A DNA stretch of 42,945 nucleotides from a virus: the IMG/VR virus record IMGVR_UViG_3300028902_000027; one strand, given 5' to 3'. Both the position numbers and the translations under genes were made by a program. Shown here in pieces: positions 16,456 to 23,766 of this stretch. Position 1 is the first letter of the stretch, and each line of letters starts with the position of its first letter. The notes under the pieces were generated by a model, which was given only the letters and a program-made list of their open reading frames with translations, had not been told where the DNA came from and made no database searches.

Positions 16456-16968
16456 TCACACTCCCTGTAGCAACTTGCGAGCCGCTGAGATACCTTCCGC
16501 CCATTGGAGGGATCCCGGTACCGTGGAAACCAATTGACGGGCCACGATTCTCCAGGATAGCACCTCCGTTGTCAGGGACACCACTGCGCCGCTCGGGAGA
16601 CTCTCCAACGGGCGGCTCTTGCGGCTCTGATACGTGACCCACGCCAGGGTCCGGATCTGCTCCACGGACACGTCAGGGAGGGTTCTGGTGTCATCGGGCT
16701 TGCGGTTGTCGCGGGGGGCCCGGCCGCCGGAATAGTGGACAGGCACGTCAACGATCTTGGTCGTAGGATCGATGCCCTCCCGGATGGTCTTGGGAGCAAT
16801 CTCCCGGCCGCATCCTGGACAACGGAACCGGAGCTTGCCATCCTTCGCGAACGCGAGGGTGGGTTTTCCTTCCTGTTCTGTGATGGTCTCCAAGTCCTTG
16901 TCAGAGTGGTAGCAGACCAATCCGGTAAGACGAGAGGTGGGACATTCGCCGGGTCGTCGCGCTCGCAT
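16456..16968 (-). CDS. Hypothetical protein with putative zinc ribbon; first gene of the leftward early operon
   Basis: ATG preceded by GGAGG 7 nt upstream. Cys pairs ECPTSRLTGLVC ... CPGC. Confidence 0.55.
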   Translation of the reverse strand: MRARRPGECPTSRLTGLVCYHSDKDLETITEQEGKPTLAFAKDGKLRFRCPGCGREIAPKTIREGIDPTTKIVDVPVHYSGGRAPRDNRKPDDTRTLPDVSVEQIRTLAWVTYQSRKSRPLESLPSGAVVSLTTEVLSWRIVARQLVSTVPGSLQWAEGISAARKLLQGV

Positions 16969-16995
16969 AGGGGGCCTCCGTGGAGCAGACCAGGC

Positions 16996-17026
16996 CTAAG
17001 TGGCCGGATCCATTGGGTTGTGTAAC
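16996..17026 (+). promoter_or_regulatory. Operator-like repeat copy 1 (CTAA-N6-GGATCCATTGG core)
   Basis: ctaagtggccggatccattgggttgtgtaac; 26 of 31 nt identical to 17097-17127. It lies in the leader between the leftward promoter and the first gene. Confidence 0.5.
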
Positions 17027-17038
17027 GAACCGAGGGAG

Positions 17039-17067
17039 AGTATAACCCCCTCATTTGGTAGTGTCAA
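17039..17067 (-). promoter_or_regulatory. Leftward early promoter, TTGACA-N17-TATACT
   Basis: Minus strand reads agcTTGACActaccaaatgagggggtTATACTctccc. -35 at 17067-17062, -10 at 17044-17039. About 70 nt upstream of the ATG at 16968. Confidence 0.7.
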
Positions 17068-17096
17068 GCTGGCATATGTCCGAACGGCGATTGGCT

Positions 17097-17127
17097 CTAA
17101 GTGCTCGGATCCATTGGCTTCTGTCAC
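17097..17127 (+). promoter_or_regulatory. Operator-like repeat copy 2
   Basis: ctaagtgctcggatccattggcttctgtcac, 101 bp from copy 1 and 30 bp upstream of the -35 box of the leftward promoter. Confidence 0.5.
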
Positions 17128-17393
17128 ATTTCTAAAGATCAAGTTATAGGTAAGTCGAGGGGAGTTAGGTAAAAATGAGGGGACTAAACGTGTAAATAAT
17201 GCCATATATACCCCCGTATACCCCGCCGCCACACCCCCCGCGCGTGGGCTCTAAGTTGGACGGTGTGTGCAGTTTGGCGAGGGTGTCAAACCCCAATGGT
17301 TTCGCATTTTTAGGGGCATGAATTCGCGGGGCAACCCCCCCAAAGGGTCGTGTGAAATTCGAGGTTCCATTTATGCCGAATTCGAGGCAAAGT

Positions 17394-17414
17394 CCAATGG
17401 ATCCGAATGGTTAG
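17394..17414 (-). promoter_or_regulatory. Operator-like repeat copy 3 (inverted orientation)
   Basis: The reverse complement reads ctaaccattcGGATCCATTGG, the same CTAA-N6-GGATCCATTGG architecture. Confidence 0.4.
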
Positions 17415-17624
17415 ACGTGTTCGCCGTGCGCGCTTAGGCCTTATGTGCAGAAAAGCGCAGCGGTACTGTAAAAAGCACAGTGCGGACATAATTACGTCCG
17501 TGATTTACCTCCGAATATACCACTTCGGCTATGCGAAGGATTTGCGTCTGAATATGTCAGAGTGGCAAATGAATATGCCAGGATGACAAATGCCCGGAAA
17601 TGAGGTTGTGAACGCCGCAATACG

Positions 17625-17744
17625 GACACGAATGTCATAGGCTTTTTCCGAGCAATTCGATCAAGCTCGAAAACCGCGACATTCATGTCATAAGGAAATC
17701 GGCCTAATATTGAAGGTGACCAGAAACCAGGACATCTATGTCAT
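17625..17744 (+). repeat. Three phased GACA-N3-ATGTCAT sites (starts 17625, 17678, 17731; 53-bp spacing)
   Basis: GACAcgaATGTCAT, GACAttcATGTCAT and GACAtctATGTCAT. Each contains the inverted repeat GACA-N4-TGTC. Confidence 0.6.
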
Positions 17745-18041
17745 GGTCAAGGGTTGGAGGGATAATGGAGCTTTGCAGGGAATCGAGCGGGTTGCTTGTT
17801 TTCAAGGGTTGGCATGGGGCCTGCAATATGGGAAGGTATGAGCAACACCATGGCAAACGAAAAGGCCGGAGCACCAAATAACCTCTTGACAGGCAATTCA
17901 GAACCATTAGGATGGTATCATGGCCAAACATTCCGATTACCACTAAGGTGCGTGCAAAGGTTATCGGCCTTCGTCGGACTCTGTCCGAAATCCTCCGGGA
18001 GTGGCTTGCAAGCAAGGGATCGAAAGGCTAAGGTAACCCCC

Positions 18042-18161
18042 ATGGACCCTGTCATTATCGCAATCAACCTCGCAAATCCCCCTGTGGCAATGGGCCTTTG
18101 GCTCGTTACCGTGCTCGCCACTTACCTCGTAACCTCTCGTCTCGTTCGGAGGGGTAAATAG
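18042..18161 (+). CDS. Possible small membrane peptide (39 aa)
   Basis: ATG preceded by aaggctaagg. Sequence MDPVIIAINLANPPVAMGLWLVTVLATYLVTSRLVRRGK: one hydrophobic helix plus a basic tail. The frame is open upstream to TTG 17796, so the extent is uncertain. Confidence 0.3.
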   Translation: MDPVIIAINLANPPVAMGLWLVTVLATYLVTSRLVRRGK

Positions 18162-18164
18162 ATC

Positions 18165-18193
18165 TTGACCCTTTCGAGTCCCTAGGCTACTAA
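18165..18193 (+). promoter_or_regulatory. Rightward promoter, TTGACC-N17-TACTAA
   Basis: gatcTTGACCctttcgagtccctaggcTACTAAtacg, 49 nt upstream of the ATG at 18242. Confidence 0.6.
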
Positions 18194-18241
18194 TACGAAA
18201 CCAAGCGCAATCCAGCGCACCCCAAAGAAAAGAGAACTCCA

Positions 18242-18898
18242 ATGACCGACACCAACACCGCCACCACTCCCGCCACGGAAACCGCCAAGACCAAGACTCC
18301 GAAGGTGACCCCTCCGGAGGTCACTTTGGGTGCGACCAAGTTCGGCGAGCTTCTCTCGTCGCACTGGGATGCCGTCGTCATCTCGGGTCCGGAGGGAGTG
18401 GATCGCGATCGTACGGAGCGCGCGTTCTCGCTTGCCCTCACTGCCTATCTCAAGGGCAAGGGCTTGATTACCCGTGGCGGCCGTGAGAAGTCCTACGATG
18501 AAACCAACGTTCTCAACGCGATCATGGTCGCGTTCCTGACGCAAGCCAAGACCCCCACGGATCAACTCCAACTTGCGACCGTCACCTATGCCGCGATCGA
18601 AGTGCTCAAGGTTGGCTTCGCTGACATGGATAAGGCCCGCCGCGCCGTCCAGTCGACGCTTATCTCGGATGCGTCTCCGTTCTATGCCAAGCGCGCGGGA
18701 GAGTCCAAGTTCTCCGGAACCGTCGTGGGTCTCAAGGATCCGGCCAAGCTCCCGACCAAGCCCTCCGTCCTCTCTTGGGAGCACAAGGACGATGCGCCGG
18801 CCCCCGTTGCCGCCGCACTTGTGCCGACCCCTGTCGCCGCCGCGCCCAAGGCGGAAGAGAAGAAGCCCACCAACGGAGGCAAGCCCGCGAAGAAGTGA
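18242..18898 (+). CDS. Hypothetical protein with Thr/Lys-rich N-terminus and Pro/Ala/Lys-rich C-terminal tail
   Basis: First gene after the rightward sigma70-type promoter. Its ends are low complexity (TDTNTATTPATETAKTKTPK ... PKAEEKKPTNGGKPAKK). The long antisense ORF over it is Arg/Gly-rich and judged spurious. Confidence 0.7.
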   Translation: MTDTNTATTPATETAKTKTPKVTPPEVTLGATKFGELLSSHWDAVVISGPEGVDRDRTERAFSLALTAYLKGKGLITRGGREKSYDETNVLNAIMVAFLTQAKTPTDQLQLATVTYAAIEVLKVGFADMDKARRAVQSTLISDASPFYAKRAGESKFSGTVVGLKDPAKLPTKPSVLSWEHKDDAPAPVAAALVPTPVAAAPKAEEKKPTNGGKPAKK

Positions 18899-18984
18899 GA
18901 GACTTTGCCCGGGACGAGCACAGTGGAGGGTGCAACTCCCTCCCTCGGGCCTAAGGATCCTAACCCCTAATCGAAGGACACACA

Positions 18985-19236
18985 ATGCCAGTCCGGCCAA
19001 TGAAGGAAAACGACAAGCCAACCCACTGCTATGCATGCTGGCATTTGCCGTACGCATGCAAATGCAAGGGGCGAGACGAGCACGAAGCCTGCAAGGAATG
19101 CAAGGAAGCACAGAAAGAAGGTTACGCCGTCTGTCGTGCGCACGAGAAGAAGGGTATTGAGACACAGAAGCACTATGATCGAAGCGAGCGTTTGCGCGCG
19201 AAAGATCACAGACGCTACATGTCGAGAACCCTGTAA
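18985..19236 (+). CDS. Small Cys-rich (zinc-finger-like) basic protein
   Basis: CxxC (C15,C18), CxC (C25,C27), CxxC (C36,C39) and CxxH (C50,H53), followed by a basic tail. GAAGGA lies 7 nt upstream of the ATG. Confidence 0.6.
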   Translation: MPVRPMKENDKPTHCYACWHLPYACKCKGRDEHEACKECKEAQKEGYAVCRAHEKKGIETQKHYDRSERLRAKDHRRYMSRTL

Positions 19237-19359
19237 GACTGCCAACTAGCCCGTGGCAGGAAAGTAAGGGCTAGATAGGATTGAAACTAGATGGGTTTGA
19301 TTCACCCACCTATCGCAAAGAATTAGGTTTAGCGACCCTACCTAACGAAAGGGTCCATT

Positions 19360-19430
19360 AGAGGTGTCGTCCAACGGCAGGACCGGGGATTTTGGTTCCC
19401 TGTATCTAGGTTCGAATCCTAGCACCTCTG
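19360..19430 (+). tRNA. tRNA-Gln (anticodon UUG)
   Basis: Hand-folded. Acceptor AGAGGTG/CACCTCT. D arm GTCC-AACGGCA-GGAC. Anticodon arm GGGGA-TT-TTG-GT-TCCCT. T arm CTAGG-TTCGAAT-CCTAG. Discriminator G. Confidence 0.8.
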
Positions 19431-19439
19431 CAAAGTCAC

Positions 19440-19447
19440 CTATCCTA
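19440..19447 (+). promoter_or_regulatory. CTATCCTA box (-10-like), 6 nt before the ATG at 19453
   Basis: caccTATCCTatctgtATG. Member of the recurrent CTAT(T/C)CTA family. Confidence 0.45.
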
Positions 19448-19452
19448 TCTGT

Positions 19453-20550
19453 ATGGGCAAGGTCCTACGGGTAGATTTCGCTTCGGAGAAACTTCCTAGT
19501 CCGGTCACTCTCACGGATGGATCTCTACGTGTGTCCGCTCGAATTGCGCGCACTGGAGTTCAGGTATACCGTTTCGAGGATGGCACGGAATGGAGGGAGT
19601 ATCGTCCGCCGGAAGAAGTGTTCGCTAAGGACTCCCTCGAATCGTGGGATGACCTAGCTGTCACTGTATTGCACCCTTCGGAGCCTGTAGCGCCCTCCAA
19701 CTGGGCCTTGCTTGCGAAGGGACATGTGGACGACCCTTCAAGGGATGGGACGTTCCTAGCAGCAACTTGCGTGGTCAAGGATGCCGCGACCATTCAGGCT
19801 ATCCAGGCGGGGAGCCTAGTGGAAGTGTCGTGTGGCTACTTCATGGACATTGACGTCACCCCGGGCGTTTCTCCCGAAGGTGAATCGTACGATGCCATTC
19901 AACGGAACATCGTTGGTAACCATGTCGCGCTAGGGCCCGTCGATTGGGGTCGTGCGGGTAATGATGTCCGCCTATATGCAGACTCAAAGGACATTGTCCG
20001 GGGGGACTCCAGTAGGCTCCGAACGGACGACTATCCTAAGAGCATGGCCCAAGAGATCCAGAATCCCACTGCGACCCCCGCTGAGAAGGTGGTCCCGTTC
20101 GCCGAATACGAGAAGGTTGCCGCGGAGCGAGACGCGCTCAAGGTTGCCGCCGCTACCGCGGAAGCAAAGATTATCGAGGTGACCAATTCGGTTGACTCGA
20201 TCGTTGCCAAGCGTGTGGGCAATATCGCAGCGGCTCTCAAGGTCAAGCCTACTCTCGACACCTCCAAGACGGATCGAGAGATCATGACGGAGGCTATCAA
20301 GGTTTCCGATCCCACGTTCGTGGCCGATGGCAAGTCGGACGAATACTTGCGCGCTCGCGTTGATACGGCGAACCTTGCTCCGGCCCCGAAGGCCCAGGAA
20401 GAGAACCTCCGTCGTCAAGTCGAGGATTCGGCGAATCAAGCCACCAATCAACCGAGCAAACTCGGAATGGTGGAAGATGCGCGACGGGCCATGATCGAAA
20501 AGAACCTGGAGGCTAACCGCAAGCCTCTGAATGCTCAAGTGAAGGGGTGA
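19453..20550 (+). CDS. Prohead protease/scaffold-like protein (DUF2213-type)
   Basis: The N-terminal pattern ...GSLVEVSCGYFMDIDVTPG...YDAIQRNIVGNHVALG fits DUF2213 as I recall it. The C-terminal half is charged and coiled-coil, like a scaffold. It lies upstream of the capsid gene. Confidence 0.55.
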   Translation: MGKVLRVDFASEKLPSPVTLTDGSLRVSARIARTGVQVYRFEDGTEWREYRPPEEVFAKDSLESWDDLAVTVLHPSEPVAPSNWALLAKGHVDDPSRDGTFLAATCVVKDAATIQAIQAGSLVEVSCGYFMDIDVTPGVSPEGESYDAIQRNIVGNHVALGPVDWGRAGNDVRLYADSKDIVRGDSSRLRTDDYPKSMAQEIQNPTATPAEKVVPFAEYEKVAAERDALKVAAATAEAKIIEVTNSVDSIVAKRVGNIAAALKVKPTLDTSKTDREIMTEAIKVSDPTFVADGKSDEYLRARVDTANLAPAPKAQEENLRRQVEDSANQATNQPSKLGMVEDARRAMIEKNLEANRKPLNAQVKG

Positions 20551-20557
20551 TAGGAAC

Positions 20558-21025
20558 ATGCCGCAAACTTCTTACTCGATTGATCCTGTCATCGCCGTTC
20601 CTGGCATGGCGGCAGACGGAAACCAACTGGAGTGCGAGACGTTCATTGCGTATACCGATCTAGCGTTCGGTCGCGCAGTGCGTATCCGCGCTGATAAGAC
20701 CGTCGAATACCCTACCGATGACACGGGGTCGGTTGTTGGTGTCACTGTCTACCGAGGGATGACGGAGTCCACCTTCCCGCAAGGTTCAGCCGTTATCAAG
20801 GCAGGCACCCCGGTTAGCGTTTGCTTCCGAGGTGACGTGTGGATGGAGCACACAGGGGCCGCGGGTAGCGAGCGCGGTACGGTCAAGCTGGACGACGTTA
20901 CCGGCAAGTCTACAGGCGCCGCGCCTAGTGCGGGTACCATCCGAGACATGTCGTCCCGCGCCATCTTCGTTGACGTGGACAAGCATACTAGCACGCTTGC
21001 GAAGGTCCGTTGGAATCTTCCGTGA
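20558..21025 (+). CDS. Capsid decoration/cement-like protein
   Basis: 155 aa, Gly/Val-rich beta pattern (FGRAV...VVGVTV...GTPVSV...). It sits between the scaffold and the major capsid gene, as in DUF2213/DUF2184 head modules. Confidence 0.45.
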   Translation: MPQTSYSIDPVIAVPGMAADGNQLECETFIAYTDLAFGRAVRIRADKTVEYPTDDTGSVVGVTVYRGMTESTFPQGSAVIKAGTPVSVCFRGDVWMEHTGAAGSERGTVKLDDVTGKSTGAAPSAGTIRDMSSRAIFVDVDKHTSTLAKVRWNLP

Positions 21026-21047
21026 CGGATACAGGAAAGGATGACCA

Positions 21048-22028
21048 ATGCGTCACGATACGATCCAACGAATTCTAGAGCGTACTCTCCCGGTTGTCGA
21101 TCAAGACTACCGCGGCGATGCGAACGAAACTGCGGCGATGGCTCGCCAACTAGAGCACTTCTTCTCCAAGCTCTATCAGATCGAGTATGCGGAAGCGATG
21201 GGGCGCAAGATCGTCCCTCTCAATTTTGAGGTTCCGAGTGGAGCTAGTGCTTTCACGTACGTTCAAATGGACGAACGTGGCGAGGCTGATATCCTCGATT
21301 CCTATAGCAAGGACTTCCCCATGGTGGAGGAGTTCGGTACGGAATCGACGGGTAAGACGCTCCCGATCGCGGCAGGCTTCTTCGTTAGCCTGCAAGATCT
21401 CCGCGCCGCTGCAATGCTTGGACGGGACATTGAAAGCCGCAAGGCTGACATGGCTCGACGCGCAATGGAGCGCAAGCTAGACGCTATCCTGTGCGTGGGC
21501 GATACCAAGTCGGGCCTAAAGGGCCTAGCGAACCTTTCGGGCCCTTCGGTCCTTACCGCGGGAACCGATTTCACTGGCGGTTGGTCGACCGCTACCAGTG
21601 ACCAGATCCAGGAAGATGTCGAGGCACTTCAGAAGAAGATCTTTGACGACACCCTGGGTGTTCACGGCAACCCGGACAATGGGACCAAGCTTACGCTTGC
21701 ACTCCCTCCGGCCGCGTACAGTGCGATTGCGACCCGTCGACTGGACAACTTCCACGAGATGACGATGCTTCAATACATTCTCAAGAATTCGCCGTTCGTC
21801 GGTGACATCGTCTCTTGGGCGCGACTTGCTACGGCAGGCGCCAGTTCCGCTACGCGCGCAGTGTGGTTCGAACGTAGCAACGATGTCTTGGAGGGGATTA
21901 TCTCGCAAGAGGTTGAGATCCTCCCGATGCAACCGAAGGCACTAGGTTGGCAAGTTCCGCTGCACATGCGGACGGGCGGTGTCATTGCCCGGTATCCCAA
22001 GGCAATCTTCTATGCCGACGGTGTCTGA
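21048..22028 (+). CDS. Major capsid protein (HK97 fold, DUF2184/encapsulin-like family)
   Basis: 326 aa. Position after scaffold and decoration genes. The pattern FFSKLYQIEYAEAMGRKIVPL...FTYVQMDERGEA is typical of this family as I recall it. A strong terminator follows. Confidence 0.75.
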   Translation: MRHDTIQRILERTLPVVDQDYRGDANETAAMARQLEHFFSKLYQIEYAEAMGRKIVPLNFEVPSGASAFTYVQMDERGEADILDSYSKDFPMVEEFGTESTGKTLPIAAGFFVSLQDLRAAAMLGRDIESRKADMARRAMERKLDAILCVGDTKSGLKGLANLSGPSVLTAGTDFTGGWSTATSDQIQEDVEALQKKIFDDTLGVHGNPDNGTKLTLALPPAAYSAIATRRLDNFHEMTMLQYILKNSPFVGDIVSWARLATAGASSATRAVWFERSNDVLEGIISQEVEILPMQPKALGWQVPLHMRTGGVIARYPKAIFYADGV

Positions 22029-22054
22029 AACTCGCTAAGGGGTGCGGGAGTTAG

Positions 22055-22090
22055 AGAGGGCTCTAGACTTAGGTCTAGGGCCCTTTCGCT
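22055..22090 (+). terminator. Rho-independent-type terminator after the capsid gene
   Basis: GGGCTCTAGAC-ttag-GTCTAGGGCCC (11-bp stem with one G-U pair, 22058-22083), extendable by 3 pairs, followed by TTTCGCT. Confidence 0.6.
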
Positions 22091-22096
22091 ATTCTA
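22089..22096 (+). promoter_or_regulatory. CTATTCTA box, 5 nt before the ATG at 22101
   Basis: ttcgCTATTCTAaggcATG, immediately after the terminator hairpin. Confidence 0.45.
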
Positions 22097-22100
22097 AGGC

Positions 22101-22382
22101 ATGGCCGTTACCCTTTCCGCGTTCCGGGATATGCATCCTGAATTCCAGAACGTTCCTGACGCGCTCTGTCAAGCGTGTCTAGACGAAGCCCTAGCTTCGC
22201 TGAATGCAACCCGTTGGGGTACTATGATTGATATTGGACAGAGGTACCTTGCAGCGCATCGCATCGCGCTAAGCCCTTACGGTCAAGGCACTCGCTTGGT
22301 AACGAGCAAGGAAACCACAACCTACGGAACTCATTACGAAGATCTAGTTAGGCAGATCTCGGAAGGGGTTGCAGTGCTATAA
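22101..22382 (+). CDS. Head-tail connector/adaptor-like protein (DUF4054-like)
   Basis: 93 aa. FRDMHPEFQNV...RYLAAHRIAL fits the DUF4054 pattern as I recall it. First gene after the capsid terminator. Confidence 0.5.
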   Translation: MAVTLSAFRDMHPEFQNVPDALCQACLDEALASLNATRWGTMIDIGQRYLAAHRIALSPYGQGTRLVTSKETTTYGTHYEDLVRQISEGVAVL

Positions 22383-22888
22383 TGGCAGGGTCCAAGATCA
22401 AGATTACCGACAAGTCTTCCACTAAGGATTGGAAGACTGTATACGGGAAGGGGAAGGCCTCCGTTACCGTTGGAGTCCTTGACTCAAAAGGTGGATCGGA
22501 GAAAGCCTCGAAAGGCAACATCACTCTTTCCGAGCTTGCAGCGATCCATGAGTTCGGCCTTGGAGGACTACCAGAGAGGAGCTTCATTCGTTCCTATTTC
22601 GATGCCCATACCAAGGACTTGATCGCAATGGTAGCCAAACTCATGGCTAAAGCCATTGCAAAGGCAACCGCAAGCGGCAAGCCTATCACAGACGAGCAAC
22701 GTAAGGGAATCTTGGGAATAGTTGGAGCGTATGCGAAGGGGCAGATCCAAGCTCGGATTTCTAATAAGGAAATCCAACCGCAGAAGCTAGCCGATAGCAC
22801 CATTGAACGCAAAGGATCGTCGGTCGCATTGATCGACACAGGGCAACTAAGAAGCTCGATTGATTACGAGGTCAAGATCAATGGCTGA
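22382..22888 (+). CDS. Head-tail joining protein, HK97 gp10-like
   Basis: ELAAIHEFGLGGLPERSFIR ... LIDTGQLRSSIDYEV matches the gp10-family signature. Confidence 0.65.
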   Translation: MAGSKIKITDKSSTKDWKTVYGKGKASVTVGVLDSKGGSEKASKGNITLSELAAIHEFGLGGLPERSFIRSYFDAHTKDLIAMVAKLMAKAIAKATASGKPITDEQRKGILGIVGAYAKGQIQARISNKEIQPQKLADSTIERKGSSVALIDTGQLRSSIDYEVKING

Positions 22889-23753
22889 TCATCATTTCCC
22901 GGATCGAGCTTGGCTCAAGAGCATCGTTCAGAAAGCCGTGGGGGCTCTTTCAGACGTGTCGTGGGACTATGAGCCTACCAACTTTCAAGGCTTCTCCGGC
23001 CTAGGTGTGGACGGAGATCCACTTCCTGGCATGCCTTTGGCTCCTCCCGCGTTGACGGCGCAAGCGTCCGGAGGTGCGACGCAAGTAACTCTATCGATTC
23101 CTTCCTGGGTTGGCCACGGGAACGATTGCGTTACTCGATCGCTTGTCATGGGTCCTTGGACACTTGCCGGCCCTACCCCTCCGACGATCGTTATCGCAGG
23201 GGATGTTGATACGGAGAAGGTCAAGCGACTTGATATTCGTGTCACTCTAGCCGGCGCTAGAGGGGTTTGGGAGGGCGAATACAGTCTCGATAGGGGTGTG
23301 ACGTGGGTCCCATTCACAAGCGCCGCAACCGTCACCCTGGGCACCTCCGGTCTAGAGCTACAGATCTCGACGGGCAACGCGAGCTTGACGAACACTTGGA
23401 GAAGCAATCCGGCGCAAAGCCTGCTCAATTCTGGTTTGCGTCACTTCACCTTGTCGATCAAGTGTGAAAGTGAATCGGACGCACACTCCATTCTCGAGAG
23501 GGTCTCTACCTATTTCAATCTGAAAAGCACAATCTCTCAACTTCCATCCCATTTCATGGCGCTTAGGGATGTGTCCGAAGTGGTCAACCTTCCCAACGTT
23601 GAGTGGGATGGGAGGGCAATCCGAGCCGCGGTGCTAGAAGTGTTCCTTACTTACTTGACAGAGCAAGTGGACACAGAGGGAGAGACGGGAAGTGAGTTCC
23701 CAAACAACTGGATTGAGACGGTGCTACCTCCAACCTCCGAATTGACGGACTAA
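22881..23753 (+). CDS. Hypothetical virion (neck/tail completion?) protein
   Basis: The ATG at 22881 forms an ATGGCTGA overlap with the upstream stop. Assigned by position between connector genes and later virion genes. No motif recognised. Confidence 0.5.
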   Translation: MADHHFPDRAWLKSIVQKAVGALSDVSWDYEPTNFQGFSGLGVDGDPLPGMPLAPPALTAQASGGATQVTLSIPSWVGHGNDCVTRSLVMGPWTLAGPTPPTIVIAGDVDTEKVKRLDIRVTLAGARGVWEGEYSLDRGVTWVPFTSAATVTLGTSGLELQISTGNASLTNTWRSNPAQSLLNSGLRHFTLSIKCESESDAHSILERVSTYFNLKSTISQLPSHFMALRDVSEVVNLPNVEWDGRAIRAAVLEVFLTYLTEQVDTEGETGSEFPNNWIETVLPPTSELTD

Positions 23754-23761
23754 CTATTCTA
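23754..23761 (+). promoter_or_regulatory. CTATTCTA box, 6 nt before the ATG at 23767
   Basis: ctaaCTATTCTAttactATG. Confidence 0.45.
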
Positions 23762-23766
23762 TTACT

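Noticed and set aside
17810-17825. Sigma54-like -24/-12 element TGGCAT-N5-CTGCA
   Set aside because: It is a single occurrence with two mismatches to TGGCAC-N5-TTGCA. No enhancer-binding protein gene or clear downstream gene is present, so it could easily be chance.
18182-19165. 327-aa minus-strand ORF spanning the gene at 18242 and the Cys-rich gene
   Set aside because: It is extremely Arg/Gly/Leu-rich and low complexity. It is antisense to two ORFs with sensible composition, promoter and RBS context. This is typical of a shadow ORF in GC-rich coding DNA.
19984-20559. 191-aa minus-strand ORF opposite the scaffold/protease gene
   Set aside because: It is a shadow ORF of the charged coiled-coil region. 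There is no start context, and it runs opposite to every neighbouring gene.
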